In this document: piece after piece, positions 35,276-49,965 of the stretch
Position numbering within the stretch: position 1 is the stretch's first letter
How the letters are laid out: each line of letters opens with the position of its first letter
DNA from: the human T2T-CHM13v2.0 reference genome, Homo sapiens
Length of the DNA stretch: 64,000 nt
Strand: one strand, 5' to 3'
Assembly (NCBI RefSeq): GCF_009914755.1
Contig: NC_060946.1
Translations under genes and position numbers: made by a program
Notes under the pieces: model-generated
What the model saw: the letters and a program-made list of their open reading frames with translations, nothing else
Database searches by the model: none
Told to the model about the DNA's origin: nothing

Positions 35276-36235
35276 TGATTACAATAAATAGCCTTAAAGA
35301 GACTGACTCTAAGCTTCATATACCTGTGCCTGTGTCCCTAAAACTCTCTCATTTTTGTGTTTTGCACAACACAAATCACTCATTAGACTAAGAAGATTAT
35401 TTCAGGATAGAGAAATGGAAGTAAAACAGGCTTATTTTCTCACTAGAGACCATAGTCAGTATCTGACGTAGAAACGAGCTGGCATTTCTGAACTGCTTTC
35501 ATGGTTGAGACCAATGTGTAAGTTAGGAGAGTTTTGTTGACCTGTTCCAAGTTGCTAGGGTAGCTTTATTTCTGTATGGTCACATTATGGTGACCTGGTA
35601 ATTATTTTGGCAGTGATGATGGTAGAACTTGTGCATCAGGATTTCCTGCTACAAGGCCAAAAGCCTGATTGTGGAACTTTTTTTTCTGCTACCACCATTT
35701 TACTACATATTAGTGTTTTCAGAATGTTTGACCCTGGGGTGGGTCATGAAATCCATTTAATGGGTCATGTTACAAAAAAACAAAACCCACAATGGAAAAA
35801 TCCATATTTATTTTATAAATAGTATTCCTATTTATAAAATAGGAGTAAACTTCTATTTCAATTATGTATAGGTAGGTGTATACTGTGTTGCAATGTAAAA
35901 TTTTTATGTGGTTCACATAAATGTTTGAATGATACTGCTATATGTGATGTTAACACATACCACCTTAGTAACTGTAAAAATGTGGTGGGTAGATAGCTCC
36001 CTTAAAAAAAAAAAAAAAAAAAGAATATCATGTAGAGTCATTTGGATTGCTAAAATTTTTTTTTCTTTTAAAATTTCAAAATGTGAGAAGTGTAAATGAC
36101 CTGGTTTGTTCCTTTTCTTCTTCTTTGATTCCTGAGGTCCTCTTTCTGCTTTATTTATGCCCCTGAATTTGACATTTAAAATGTTATTTTGTCACAATTG
36201 GCAGCAAGAAAGCATCATCTCAAAAAATAATTCAA

Positions 36236-36477
36236 TTTTATTTATTTGTGTATTTTTGAGACAGGGTCTAGTTGTGTTGCCCTGGAGTGCAGTGGCGCAG
36301 TCATAGCTCACTGCCACCCCCAACTCCTGGGCTCAAGTGATCCTCCCTCCTCAGCCTCATAAGTAGCTGAGAACTGTAGGCATGCGCCCCCACACCTGGC
36401 CAATTTTTGTTTGTTTGTTTGTTTGTTTTTAGTGGAGACAAAGTCTTGCAGTGTTGCTCAGGCTGGTCTCCAACTCA
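36236..36477 (-). mobile_element. Truncated AluJ-like
   Basis: Reverse Alu with (TTTG)n linker, left arm incomplete. Confidence 0.8.
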
Positions 36478-37387
36478 AAAAAGAATTGAAAATATAGTAA
36501 AAAAAGAAAAGACAGAATGACTGATGTATATGGAAGCACCGAGAAAAAGCAGAGTATGATATAAATACTTATAAAAGCAACAAATACCCTTTCACTTGTA
36601 TATTCAAGTTTAGGATTAAAGCACAATTATTCTTTAATTTTTAGATTGTGGCCCACAAGCTCATTTGTAAGCTGTTCAGATTTTTCTGTAGATAAAATGT
36701 TACGGAGCTAGAGCTTTTATAAATCTTACTTCCATGCTAATGTAGTAACTTGTAGAGAAGATATCATCTTTTATTCAAACTCTTTTGTATACTTAAAGTT
36801 GAATGGGTTTCTCTTTCCTCATTTCACATATTTCAAATAAATAAGTACATTAAAAAATACTTAGTTATGGTCATGCTTCTGATAGCCGAGTCATTCAGGA
36901 CATCGTTGGGAGAAAGTAGTGTAACCAGAATATGGATGAAAGCCTAAGTCAGCTTGACCTCCAGTAATGAACGTGGGCTGTAACACAGAAGCTCAGAGGT
37001 TGTTGCCCAGTTTGGTGTAACGTGAGATGTTGGATTAGAAGCAGGTGACACACCTAAATGAGATTAGGGGGAGAAGAGGTAGTGTAGGACCAGTTAATGC
37101 AGGAAGAGAGTAGCCACATGTTCCTCCATAGTCCCTGAGGAATCACACTGCATTGAATTACCATGTAGCACAGAGCAGCAATGATCACCCTTAACCATCA
37201 ATAAAGTGTTTGAATTAGATAAGAAAGTACAAATGATATAGTGTGTGTTATATAAATGGTTAGTTTTTTTTTTTTTTTATGCTTAACGGGTAAGTTTCAC
37301 TTTTCTTAGGAGAAAAACAAAACCCACTGTTTAATGCAGGACGAATGAAATGTTTTTAAATCCTTATTTTTCCCTTTTCCTTTGTAG

Positions 37388-37425
37388 ACAATACTGTCAG
37401 AGTTCAAGACACAGATTGGAAAGAA
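37388..37425 (+). CDS. FBXO7: FBXO7 exon 8 (38 nt)
   Basis: cctttgtag|ACAATACT; DNTVRVQDTDWKE; GAA|gtaggt; phases match exons 7 and 9. Confidence 0.93.
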
Positions 37426-38083
37426 GTAGGTATTTTTAAATATTAAGACTAATGTCCATAACACAGAAATGACTAGTGAATTAATATATTAAGGGTATAT
37501 TTTCACTTTTATATGATGTAGTGAAATCTGTTTTAATTTATTGCTAAATTTCAGTAAATGAAAATGTTTTCAACTTTTACTTTAGACTCAATCCTTATTA
37601 TAATTATATGGAAAAAAATGTTATCATTGTGTTATTTTTCATCTTTATTATAAAACATTCTTTTTTGCAACAAAATTTAAATGAGTTGTCTGTGCTGGAG
37701 TAGTCATCAGCTGTTCAGCTAGTTAAGATAGTACCTTATGAAAAGAATATATTGTATTGTTTCATAAGGTACTATTCTAATGTCTCTATAACAAAAACTG
37801 CAAGGTGGAGCAGCAAGTGCTGATGGAAAAGCTGCTGCAAGTTATCCAGAAGATGTAGCTAAAATCACTGATGAAGGTGGCTGCATTACACAACAGATTT
37901 TCAGTGTAGGTGAGACAGCTTTCTATTGGAAGAAGACGCCATCTATTTCATAGCTAGAGAGAAGTAGTCAGTGCCCAGCTTCAAAGGACAGGCTGACTCT
38001 TTTGTTAGGGGCTAATGCAGTTGGTGATTTTTGAAGCCAGTGCTTGTTGACCATTCTGAAAATCCTAGGGCCCTTAACAATTA

Positions 38084-38414
<331 letters not shown>

Positions 38415-39050
38415 CTAAATCTGTGCCTTTGCTCTGTAAATGGAACAACAAAGCCTGGATGACAGTACATCATTTATGGCATGGTTTACTGAATATTTCA
38501 AGTCCACTATTGAGGCCTACTGCTTATAAAAAATACTCCTTTTAAAATACTACTGCTCATTGACAATGCAGCCAGTCATCCCAGAGCTCTGATGGAGATG
38601 TTCAAGGAGATTAACGTTTTCATGTCAGCAAACAACTGCATTCTGAAGCTCATGGATCAAGGAATAATTTTGACTTTGAATCTTATTATTTAAGAAATAC
38701 ATTTTGTCAGGCCATAGTTGCCAGAGATGGTGATTCCTCTGATGGATCTGGACAAAGGAAATTGAAAACCTTTTGGAAAGGATTTAGCCTTCTAGATGCC
38801 ATTAAGCATACTGAGGATTCATGGGGGAGATAAAAATATCAACAGGAGTTTGGAAGTTGATTCCAATCCTCGTGGATGACTTTGAGGGGTTCAAGACTTC
38901 AGTGGAGGAAGTGCAGATGTGATGGACCTAGCAAGAGAGCTAGAATTAGAAGTGGAGCCTGAAGATGGGACTGAATTGCTGCAGTCTCACAGTCAAACTT
39001 GAATGGATGAGAACTTGCTTCTTACGGATAAAGAGAGAAAGTGGTTTCTT

Positions 39051-39423
39051 TTTTTAAAAAAATGTCAATAGTTTTTGGGGTACAGGTGGTTTTTGGTTGC
39101 ATAGATGAGTTCTTTAGTGGTGATTTCTGAGATTTTAGTGCACCCGTCACCCAAGCAGTGTACAACTGTACCCAATATGTAGTCTTTTAGCCGTCACCTC
39201 CCTCCCAGCCTTTCCCCCTAAGTCCCCAAAGTCCATTATGTCATTCTTATGCCTTTGCATCCTCATAGGTTAGGTCTCACAAGATTTGGTTTTCCATTCT
39301 AGAGTTACTTCACTTAAAATAATGGCCTCCAGCTGCATCCAAGTTGCTGCAAAAGACATTATTTCATTCCTTTTTATGGCTGAGTAGTATTCCATGGTGT
39401 ATATATGCCACATTTTCTTTATC
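39051..39423 (-). mobile_element. L1 3' fragment (older L1MA/L1PB-like) within Tigger1
   Basis: TSD AGTGGTTTCTT at 39040-39050 and 39424-39434; ORF2 end KKMWHIYTMEYYSAIKRNEIMSFAATWMQLE on -. Confidence 0.85.
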
Positions 39424-39963
39424 AGTGGTTTCTTGGAATGGAATCTATTCCTGGACAACAAAGGATTTCGAATATTACATAAATTTAGTTGACAAAACAG
39501 AAGCAAGGTTTGAGAAGGTTGACTCTGATTTTGAAAGTTTTACTGTGGGTAAAATGCCATCAAACAGCATCGCATGTACAGAGAAATCTTTCATGAAAGG
39601 AAGAGTGAGTCAATGTGACAAACTTCACTGTTGTATTATTTTAAGAAATTGCCACAGCCACTTCAGCCTTTAGCAACCAGCACCCTGATCTGTCAGCAGC
39701 AACGAACATGGAGGCAAGACCCTCTATTAGCAAAAAGATTGCAACTTGCTAAAGGCTCAGGTGATTGTTAGCATATTTTTAAATTAAGGTATGTACATTG
39801 TCTTTTTAGATACAATGCTATTGCACACTTACTATAGTGTAAACATAGCATAGCATTTATATACACTGGGAAACCAAAAAAATTTGTGTGACTTGGTTTA
39901 TTGCATTGGTTTGGGACTAAATCCACAATATGTCTGAGGTGTGCCTATAGATCTTTACTATGA

Positions 39964-40425
<462 letters not shown>

Positions 40426-40703
40426 TTGATTTGTAATTTCATTTCTGGAGCTCCATTTGTTTTTGTTTCTAAACTACAGATGTCAACTCCTTGGGGTGCT
40501 GATCTCGAGTGTTATTTTCTGATTGTGGTGTTGAGAGTTGCACTCCCAGAAACCTTTTAAGAGATACATTTATAGCCCTAGGGGTGGTATGACCCAAAGG
40601 TTCCTCTGTGACAAGGTTGGCCTTGGGAATAGTTGGCTGCCAATCTCCCTGCTCTTGGTTCTCCTCTAGATTGAAGTTTGTTTTCTGATGCTGTTCTTAC
40701 CAG

Positions 40704-40709
40704 ATTAAA
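40704..40709 (+). terminator. FBXO7: Candidate FBXO7 poly(A) signal ATTAAA
   Basis: ATTAAA ~280 nt after the stop, followed by GT/T-rich sequence; a second AATAAA at 40896-40901. Confidence 0.6.
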
Positions 40710-42421
40710 AAAAAGTGTAAATTACATGGTGGTCTTGACTTTTATTACAGAAAGATATGTAGTAAATATTCAGAACAGATACACAATGTTACTTGGACAT
40801 TTCAGAATTATCAGAGAACATAGCATAGGCAGATAATTTTTGTAAGGGTTTTCTGTTTGTTTGTTTTTTTTTTTTTTAGCAGCGCTCTGTCTTCTAATAA
40901 AGGCCTGATTTATGAAATGAATGAAAACAGAGCTAGTTTGGTTGAACTGGACTTGGGGTGGGTGCTTTGGCTACACACCTACTCAAATCCACCTCTTCTC
41001 TCGACTTCTCTCTCTCTGCAGCTCTTTCTTGGGTTCTGTGGTGGAACTTTCTGGGCTGTGAAGCAATGCTGTTGAAAGGCCATTTGGTATTAGGGACTCC
41101 TGTTTGTGGCTCCTGGGATGAGGTGGTTATGATTTTGTTTTCCTTGTGTTTTGAACACTTAGCCCCTAATTTGTAACTTAAGTAGAAGATACCTTTTTAA
41201 AAAGTTTTACTGCTTTGAGTGCTAATCAGGTACTTGTTCTTCAAAGATAGCCTTTTATTTGAAGAACATTTTGCTTTTCAGACTTAAATACACAAAATTC
41301 AAGATTTATTTTTTCTACAAGAAAAAGGCCAAACACAAATGACTTACACAAACAACTGTAGAAACATGCTATAGTGACAATCTGATTCACAACATAGGAA
41401 TAAAACACTACTAGCATCTACAGAAAATAGGAATATTGCCAATGTCTTCCTGCTTTTTTAAAAATTCTGTTTTGCATATAAGGAAATGGCTTGGAATGTT
41501 ATGTGCTGCAAGAATATTTTGAGTCCTACATACAAGTGAATTTTTTTTTTTGCTACACATGTATATTGAGGTTTTTTTTTTTTATCACAGTGAAGAAAAT
41601 GCAGTGAATAATACGATTTTCTTGAGGCCTGTTACTTTTAGTAGCTTAATGTGTAGTAAAGAATTGGAGTTGTTGACATTTCTTTCTGTGGTATTTTGTA
41701 ATTTCTGAGCTACAGGATAGCCTTTTAAAAATGTGTTCACTAGATGCCATATGGCTTTAATTGGGTCTAACAAGGTCCTCCTGAAGCTTTGTTGGGTCCA
41801 TATACTAGTTCTCTGATACATTTCTTTGTGGCTTTGCAATGTTATGTTGCACTATGCAGGGGATGTGTGTATGTGTGTAGTGGGCGTGGGAGGACATGGT
41901 GACGACCAGAAGCACCAAATACTATAAAACAACAAGTGTTCAGAATGCAGGCTTTTTTGAGTGGCCCTTGAGAACTCCATGGATGGTGCTGGTGTCCTGT
42001 GGATACTGGTGCTGCTTTCCATCCTCACCTCTGACTAACTTGCAGACATTACAGATCTCACTTAGTTTAGGATATCAGCAGTGGCCTAAACCTAAATTTG
42101 CAGATCTCTCACAATAGTTTTTTTATAATTCTTAAGACGATCCTCAAAGCATTTGCTCTTGAAAAGCTGAATTTATGGTTAGAAGCTTGTGAAATCCTAC
42201 ATTCTTGTCATTAAACTGAGACTGTTGAGCTGTATGTATTGCTGGTGTATAATGAGAGGAAAGTCGTAGTTTCACAGTAGCCTATTCACTGCACAATTTT
42301 CTGAGATCACCTGGATGTATTGTCATGGAAGCAAGCAAGAGAGTTTAGAGTGCCACAGCAAGCAAAGCATCTTAGTAAGATGTGGTTCAACATCACTGAT
42401 TTGTCCTATGCCTTTCTGTAG

Positions 42422-42733
<312 letters not shown>

Positions 42734-43096
42734 TCCTCTTTTATTAACAGGAGCTTTCTCTGCCCCATTCCCCCCATTTATAAATGAAAGATAACAGGTT
42801 TTATGTGGCTGGGAATCAAATCATGGAAGGTGTCCTTCCAACTTAAGATTTTGAGATTCCTTGTGTAAAAACTGTTGAAGTCTGACTCTTCCTTGGTAGC
42901 TGCCTGATTACAGAGCTTCAGAGAGGAGCTGGGCAGGTCCCGGTGCTCTGCTGTGCCATATGCATGAGCAGTGCTCCTTTGGGTAGTCTTCAGTTGACTG
43001 TAGAAGGTGTGGAGTGGATAAGATTATTGGGAAGTACTGGGTAAGTCACATAGAACAAAGATTTGATTTAAACTGACTAGCTTAAATGTCACTCCT

Positions 43097-43469
<373 letters not shown>

Positions 43470-43640
43470 TTAACTGAGTGCCAAAGAATGGTGACCTTGC
43501 TTCTGCTCTAGACTCAGTGAAAGACCGTGGAGAACAGACACTTAGAATATGAGAGTCTGGAAACAAATTACAGTTGGGAAGACCAATCAGTATAAAAATA
43601 ATGAAAGGGATTGAGGATTTTCAAGGATTAAAACACGTGT

Positions 43641-43767
43641 AGCCAGGTGCAGTGGCTCTCACCTGTAATCCCAGCACTTTGGGAGGCCTAGGTGGGAGGA
43701 TTGCTTGAGGCCAGGGGTTTGAGACCAGCCTGGGCAATATAGCAAGACCGCATCTCTATAAAATAAA
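43641..43767 (+). mobile_element. Alu monomer (FLAM-like)
   Basis: Single left-arm unit with short A tail. Confidence 0.8.
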
Positions 43768-44648
43768 GTAAGTGTATTTCATACACACATTGTGGAAAGA
43801 ATGTTTAGTTTTAGATTGATTTCCCTTGCAGGAATGCCTCACCAGTTCCAAAAAATATTTCCCAACCACTTTCTTCTTTTCCTCTTGGCCTGCCAATTCA
43901 TCTCAATACAAGGTCTAAGTGTCCACAGCTCATCTCTTTCAGCTGCGTGTCTCGTCCATGGAAACGGGAGCCTCTGTGTCTCTTATGCATTGTGTTTGAT
44001 AAATGGACGACTTTAACTTACTTGATGCCCAGCCTTCCAATTTGTCTCCTACCAAACCAAAAGTGCTGCCTTCTATTAGAGTCCAGATATTAGACTGAAC
44101 AGTTAATCAGCAGCAACTTAGGAGTGAGTCTAGGACAGCTTTTGACAATATAGTTAGTAACCAGCCAGCTTGCTTGCCCTCTAGGATAAAGGAAAAGCGG
44201 AGACTCTTTTAAAGTGCTCTCAGGCAATGAGCTCTGCTCCAGGATAATTAAGCCACCACTTGTATCTGCAAGGCTGACTTAATGAGCTTAACCCGTGACT
44301 AACCTGCATCCTTTCACCAATTCAAAACACATAAAATGAGCCACCAGTGTTTTACAAAGTTGAATAAAGCATAAGAGATTAGTCTGCCCTCAGGGGCTGG
44401 AAGGGGCAGAACCTGAAAGGACACTGTGTGCTCCTGGGCTGGTTCGAGCTGAGGCTGTGCTGTTTGGAACTCTGCTGTGTTTGTTGTGTGAAGCACAGTC
44501 TGTGTGCTTCCTTTCCTTGGTCCCAGACCTTTGCTGCTTAAGCTGTGGAGTTGTCCTGGTCTGCTCACTCCAACCTCCCTGACCGATGCTGACAATGGCA
44601 TCTCCCCTACAGCTCACAGCCCTGTAGTCACCTCACCTTCTTGGGGGC

Positions 44649-45082
44649 TGTCAGGCCTCTGAGCCCAAGCCAAGCCATCGCATCCCCTGTGACTTGCACG
44701 TATACGCCCAGATGGCCTGAAGTAACTGAAGAATCACAAAAGAAGTGAAAAGACCCTGCCCTGCCTTAACTGATGACATTCCACCATTGTGATTTGTTCC
44801 TGCCCCACCTTAACTGAGTGATTAACCCTGTGAATTTCCTTCTCCTGGCTCAGAAGCTCCCCCACTGAGCACCTTGTGACCCCCGCCCCTGCCCACCAGA
44901 GAACAACCCCCTTTGACTGTAATTTTCCATTACCTTCCCAAATCCTATAAAATGGCCCCACCCCTATCTCCCTTTGCTGACTCTCTTTTCGGACTCATCC
45001 GGCCTGCACCCAGGTGAAATAAACAGCCATGTTGCTCACACAAAGCCTGTTTGGTGGTCTCTTCACACGGACGCGCATGAAA
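44649..45082 (+). mobile_element. 5' LTR7 (434 bp)
   Basis: tgtcaggcctctgagcccaagc...gcgcatgaaa; TATAAAA 44946-44952; AATAAA 45018-45023. Confidence 0.95.
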
Positions 45083-45084
45083 TT

Positions 45085-45102
45085 TGGTGCCATGACTCAG
45101 AT
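45085..45102 (+). other. Primer-binding site for tRNA-His
   Basis: TGGTGCCATGACTCAGAT versus TGGTGCCGTGACTCGGAT; two CpG-type mismatches. Confidence 0.9.
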
Positions 45103-45678
45103 CAGGGGACCTCCCTTGGGAGATCAATCCCCTGTCCTCCTGTTCTTTGCTCCGTGAGAAAGATGCACCTACGACCTCAGGTCCTCAGACCGACCAGCCC
45201 AAGGAACATATCACCAATTTTAAATCAGGTAAGCGGTCTCTTCTTACTCTCTTCTCCAACGTCTCTCACTGTCCCTCAACCACTTTCTCCTTTCCACTCT
45301 TCAATCTCTCCCTTCTCTTAATTTCAATTCCTTTCATTTTCTGGGAGAGACAAAGGAGACACGTTTTATCCGTGGACCCAAAACTCCGGCGGCGGTCACG
45401 GACTGGGAAGGTAGCCTTCCCTTGGTGTTTAATCATTGCAGGGACGCCTCTGATTATTCACCCACGTTTCAAAGGTGTCAGACCACGCACGGACGCCTGC
45501 CTTGGTCCTTCACCCTTGGCGGCAAGTCTCGCTTTTCTGGGGAAGGGGCAAGTACCCCAACCCCTTCTCTCCTTGTCTCTACCCCTTCTCTGCTTTCCTG
45601 GGGCAGGGGCAAGTACCCCTCAACCTCTTCTTCACCCTTAGCTGCTAGTCCCGCTTTCCTAGGGGGCAAGAACCCCCC

Positions 45679-45867
45679 AATCGCTTATTTCCACGCCCCA
45701 ACCTCTTATCTCTGTGCCACAATCGCTTATTTCCGCGCCCCAACCTCTTATCTCTGCGCCCCAATTGCTTATTTCCGCGCCCCAACCTCATCTCTGCGCC
45801 CCAATCCCTTATTTCCGCGCCCCAACCTCTTATCTCTGTGCCCCAATCCCTTATTTCCGTGCCCCAA
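45679..45867 (+). repeat. ~42-bp tandem repeat (~4.5 copies) in the HERV-H leader
   Basis: aatcgcttatttccgcgccccaacctcttatctctgcgcccc units at 45679, 45721, 45763 (40 bp), 45803, 45845 (partial). Confidence 0.9.
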
Positions 45868-46759
45868 CACTTTCTCTGCTTTTCTGGAGGGCAAGAAACC
45901 CCCACCCCTTCTGCGTGTCTCTACTCTTTTCTCTGGGCTTGCCTCCTTCGCTATGGGCAAGCTTCCACCTTCCATTCCTCCTTCTTCTCCCTTAGCCTGT
46001 ATTCTTAAGAACTTAAAACCTCTTCAATTCTCACCTGACCTAAAATCTAAGCGCCTCATTTTCTTCTGCAACACCGCTTGACCCCAATACAAACTCGACA
46101 GTAGTTCCAAATAGCCGGAAAACAGCACTTTCAATTTTTCCATCCTACAAGATCTAAATAATTCTTGTCGTAAAATGGGCAAATGGTCTGAGGTGCCTGA
46201 CGTCCAGGCATTCTTTTACACATCAGTCCCTTCCTAGTCTCTGTGCCCAGTGCAACTCGTCCCAAATCTCCCGCCTGTCCCCTCAGTCCCAACCCCAAGC
46301 GTCGCTGAGTCTTTCTAATCTTCCTTTTCTACAGACCCATCTGACCTCTCCCTTCCTCCCCAGCCTGCTCCTTGCCAGGCCAAGCTAGGTCCCAATTCTT
46401 CCTCAGCCTCTGCTCCTCCACCCTATAATCTTTTTATCGCCTCCCCTCACACCTGATCCGGCTTACAGTTTCGTTCCGTGACTAGCCCTCCCCCACCTGC
46501 CCAGCAATTTACTCTTAAAAAGGTGGCTGGAGAGCTAAAGGCATAGTCAAGGTTAATGCTCCTTTTTCTTTATCCCAAATCAGATAGCGTTTAGGCTCTT
46601 TTTCATCAAATATAAAAATCCAGCCCAGTTCATGACTTGTTTGGCAGCGACCCTGAGACGCTTTACAGCCCTAGACCCTAAAAGGTCAAAAGGCCGTCTT
46701 ATTCTCAATATACATTTTATTACCCAATCTGCTCCCAACATTAAATAAAACTCCAAAAA

Positions 46760-47038
46760 TTGGAATCTGGCCCTCAAACCCCACAACAGGACTTAATTAA
46801 CCTCACCTTCAAGGTGTGCAATAACAGAAAAAAGTTGCAATTCCTTGCCTCCACTGTGAGACAATCCCCAGTCACATCTCCAGCACACAAGAACTTCCAA
46901 ACGCAACCAGGCGTTCCTCCGGAACCTCCTCCCCCAGGAGCTTGCTACACGCGCCGGAAATCTGGCCACTGGGCCAAGGAATGCCCGCAGCCCGGGATTC
47001 CTCCTAAGCCGCGTCCCATCTGTGCGGGACCCCACTGA
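46760..47038 (+). pseudogene. gag: HERV-H gag C-terminus (degenerate nucleocapsid zinc knuckles)
   Basis: CYTRRKSGHWAKEC (second Cys lost) and PICAGPH* fragment. Confidence 0.85.
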
Positions 47039-47208
47039 AAATCGGACTGTTCAACTCACCTGGCAGCCACTCCCAGAGCCCCTGGAACTCTGGCTCAAGG
47101 TTCTCTGACTGACTCCTTCTTGACTTACCGGCTGAAGACTGATGCTGCCTGATCGCCTCAGAAGCCCCGTAGACCATCACGGATGCCGAGCTTTAGGTAA
47201 CTCTCACG

Positions 47209-47433
47209 GTGGAGGGTAAGTCCGTCCCCTTCTTAATCAATACGGAGGCTACCCACTCCACATTACCTTCTTTTCAAGGGCCTGTTTCCCTTGCCTCCAT
47301 AACTGTTGTGGGTATTGACGGCCAGGCTTCTAAACCTCTTAAAACTCCCCAACTCTGGTGCCAACTTAGACAATACTCTTTTAAGCACTCCTTTTTAGTT
47401 ATCCCCACCTGCCCAGTTCCCTTATTAGGCTGA
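47209..47433 (+). pseudogene. pro: HERV-H protease remnant
   Basis: VPFLINTEATHS (catalytic DTGA degenerate) ... PTCPVPLLG*. Confidence 0.85.
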
Positions 47434-47586
47434 GACACTTTAACTAAATTATCTGCTTCCCTGACTATTCCTGGACTACATCTATATCTCATTGCCGCCC
47501 TTCTTCCCAATCCAAAGCCTCCTTTGCGTCCTCCTCTTGTATCCCCCCACCTTAGCCCACAAGTATAAGATACCTCTACTCCCTCC

Positions 47587-49350
47587 TTGGCGACCGATCG
47601 TGCACCCCTTACCATCTCATTAAAACCTAATCACCCTTACCCCACTCAACGCCAATATCCCATCCCGCAGCACGCTTTAAAAGGATTAAAGCCTGTTATC
47701 ACTCGCCTGCTACAGCATGGCCTTTTAAAGCCTATAAACTCTCCTTACAATTCCCCTATTTTACCTGTCCTAAAACCAGACAAGCCTTACAAGTTAGTTC
47801 AGGATCTGCACCGTATCAACCAAATTGTTTTGCCTATCCCCCCTGTGGGGCCCAACCCGTACACTCTTTTGTCCTCAATACCTCCCTCCACAACTCACTA
47901 TTCCGTGCTTGATCGTAAAGATGCTTTCTTCACTATTCCCCTGCACCCCTCGTCCCAGCCTCTCTTTGCTTTCACTTAGACTGACCCTGACACCCATTAG
48001 GCTCAGCAAATTACCTAGGCTGTACTACTGCAAGACTTCATAGACAGCCCCCATTACTTCAGTCAAGCCCAAATTTCATCCTCATCTGTTACCTATCTCG
48101 GCATAATTCTCATAAAAACACACGTGCTTTCCCTGCTGATCGTGTCCGATTAATCTCCCAAACCTCAATCCCTTACAAAATAACAACTCCTTTCCTTCCT
48201 AGGCATGGTTAGTGCGGTCAGAATTCTTACACAAGAGCCAGGACTGCGTCCTGCAGCCTTTCTGTGCAAACAACTTGACCTTACTGTTTTAGCCTAGCCC
48301 TCATGTCTGCGTGCAGCGGCTGCCGCTGCTTTAATACTTTTAGAGGCCCTAAAAATCACAAACTATGCTCAACTCACTCTCTACATTTCTCATAACTTCC
48401 AAAATCTATTTTCTTCCTCATACCTGACGCATATACTTTCTGCTCCCCGGCTCCTTCAGCTGTACTCACTCTTTGTTAAGTCCCACAATTACCATTGTTC
48501 CTGGCCGGGACTTCAATCTGGCCTCCCACATTATTCCTGATACCACACCTGACCCCCATGACTGTATCTCTCTGATCCACCTGATACTCACCCCATTTCC
48601 CCATATTTCCTTCTTTCCTGTTCCTCACCCTGATCACGCTTGATTTTTTGATGGCAGTTCCACCAGGCCTAATCGCCACACACCAGCAAAGCCAGGCTAT
48701 GCTATAGTACAAGCCACTAGCCCACCTCTCAGAACCTCTCATTTCCTTTCCATCGTGGAAATCTATCCTCAAGGAAATAACTTCTCAGTGTTCCATCTGC
48801 TATTCTACTACTCCTCAGGGATTATTCAGGCCCCCTCCCTTCCCTACACATCAAGCTCCAGGATTTGCCCCCACCCAGGACTGGCAAATTAGCTTTACTC
48901 AACATGCCCGAGTCAGGAAACTAAAATACCTCTTAGTCTAAATAGACACTTTCACTGAATAAGTAAAGGCGTTTCCTACAGGGTCTGAGAAGGCCACCAC
49001 AGTCATTTCTTCCCTTCTGTCAGACATAATTCCTCAGTTTAGCCTTCCCACCTCTATACAGTCTGATAGCAGACCAGCCTTTATTAGTCAAATCAGCCAA
49101 TTAGTTTTTCAGGCTCTTAGTATTCAGTGAAACCTTTATATCCCTTACGGTCCTCTATCTTCAAGAAAAGTAGAACGGACTAAAGGTCTTTTAAAAACAC
49201 ACCTCACCAAGCTCAGCCACCAACTTAAAAAGGACTGGACAATACTTTTACCACTTTCGCTTCTCAGAATTCAGGCCTGTCCTCAGAATGCTACAAGGTA
49301 CAGCCCATTTAAGCTCCTGTATAGATGCTCCTTTTTATTAGGCCCCAGTC
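47587..49350 (+). pseudogene. pol: HERV-H pol remnant (RT, deleted RNase H region, integrase)
   Basis: QYPIP, PYNSPILPVLKP, LVQDL, DAFFTIPLHPSSQPLFAFT*; integrase LLV*IDTFTE*VKAFP ... IQSDSRPAF with stops. Confidence 0.9.
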
Positions 49351-49952
49351 TCATTCCAGACACCAGACCAACTTAGACTGTGCCCCCAAAAAAAACTTGT
49401 CATCCCTACTATCTTCTGTCTAGTCATACTCCTATTCTCCGTTCTCAACTACTCATACATGCCCTGCTCTTGTTTACACTGCCAGTTTACACTGTTTCTC
49501 CAAGCCATCACAGCTGATATCTCCTCGTGCTATCCCCAAACTGCCACTTTTAACTCTTGAAGTAAATAAATAATCTTTGCTGGCAGGACTATGCTGAATC
49601 TCCTTAGGCACTCTCTAATCAGATGTCCTAGGTCCTCCCAATTCTTAGACCTTTTATACCTGTTTTTCTCCTTCTTATTCCATTTAGTTTTTCAATTCAT
49701 ACAAAACCATATCCAGGCCGTCACCAATCATTCTACACAACAAATGTTTCTTCTAACATCCCCACAATATCACCCCTTACCACGAGACCTCCCTTCAGCT
49801 TAATCTCTCCCACTCTAGGTTCCCACGCCGCCCCTAATCCCACTCGAAGCAGCCCTGAGAAACATCGCCCATTCTCTCTCCATACCACCCCCCAAAAATT
49901 TTCGTCGCCCCAACACTTCAACACTATTTTGTTTTATTTTTCTTATTAATAT

Positions 49953-49965
49953 AAGAAGGCAGGAA
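49953..49965 (+). other. Polypurine tract
   Basis: aagaaggcaggaa directly before the 3' LTR. Confidence 0.85.

Noticed and set aside
45679-45867. CRISPR-like array
   Set aside because: Head-to-tail repeats with no unique spacers, inside a retroviral leader in a vertebrate genome with no cas genes
45147-46081. 164-aa and 219-aa ORFs in the HERV-H leader as new proteins
   Set aside because: Non-ATG starts, driven by pyrimidine-rich tandem repeats, no recognisable domain
46760-49803. Coding-competent HERV-H
   Set aside because: Multiple stops and frameshifts, lost protease catalytic Asp, broken zinc knuckle, large pol and env deletions
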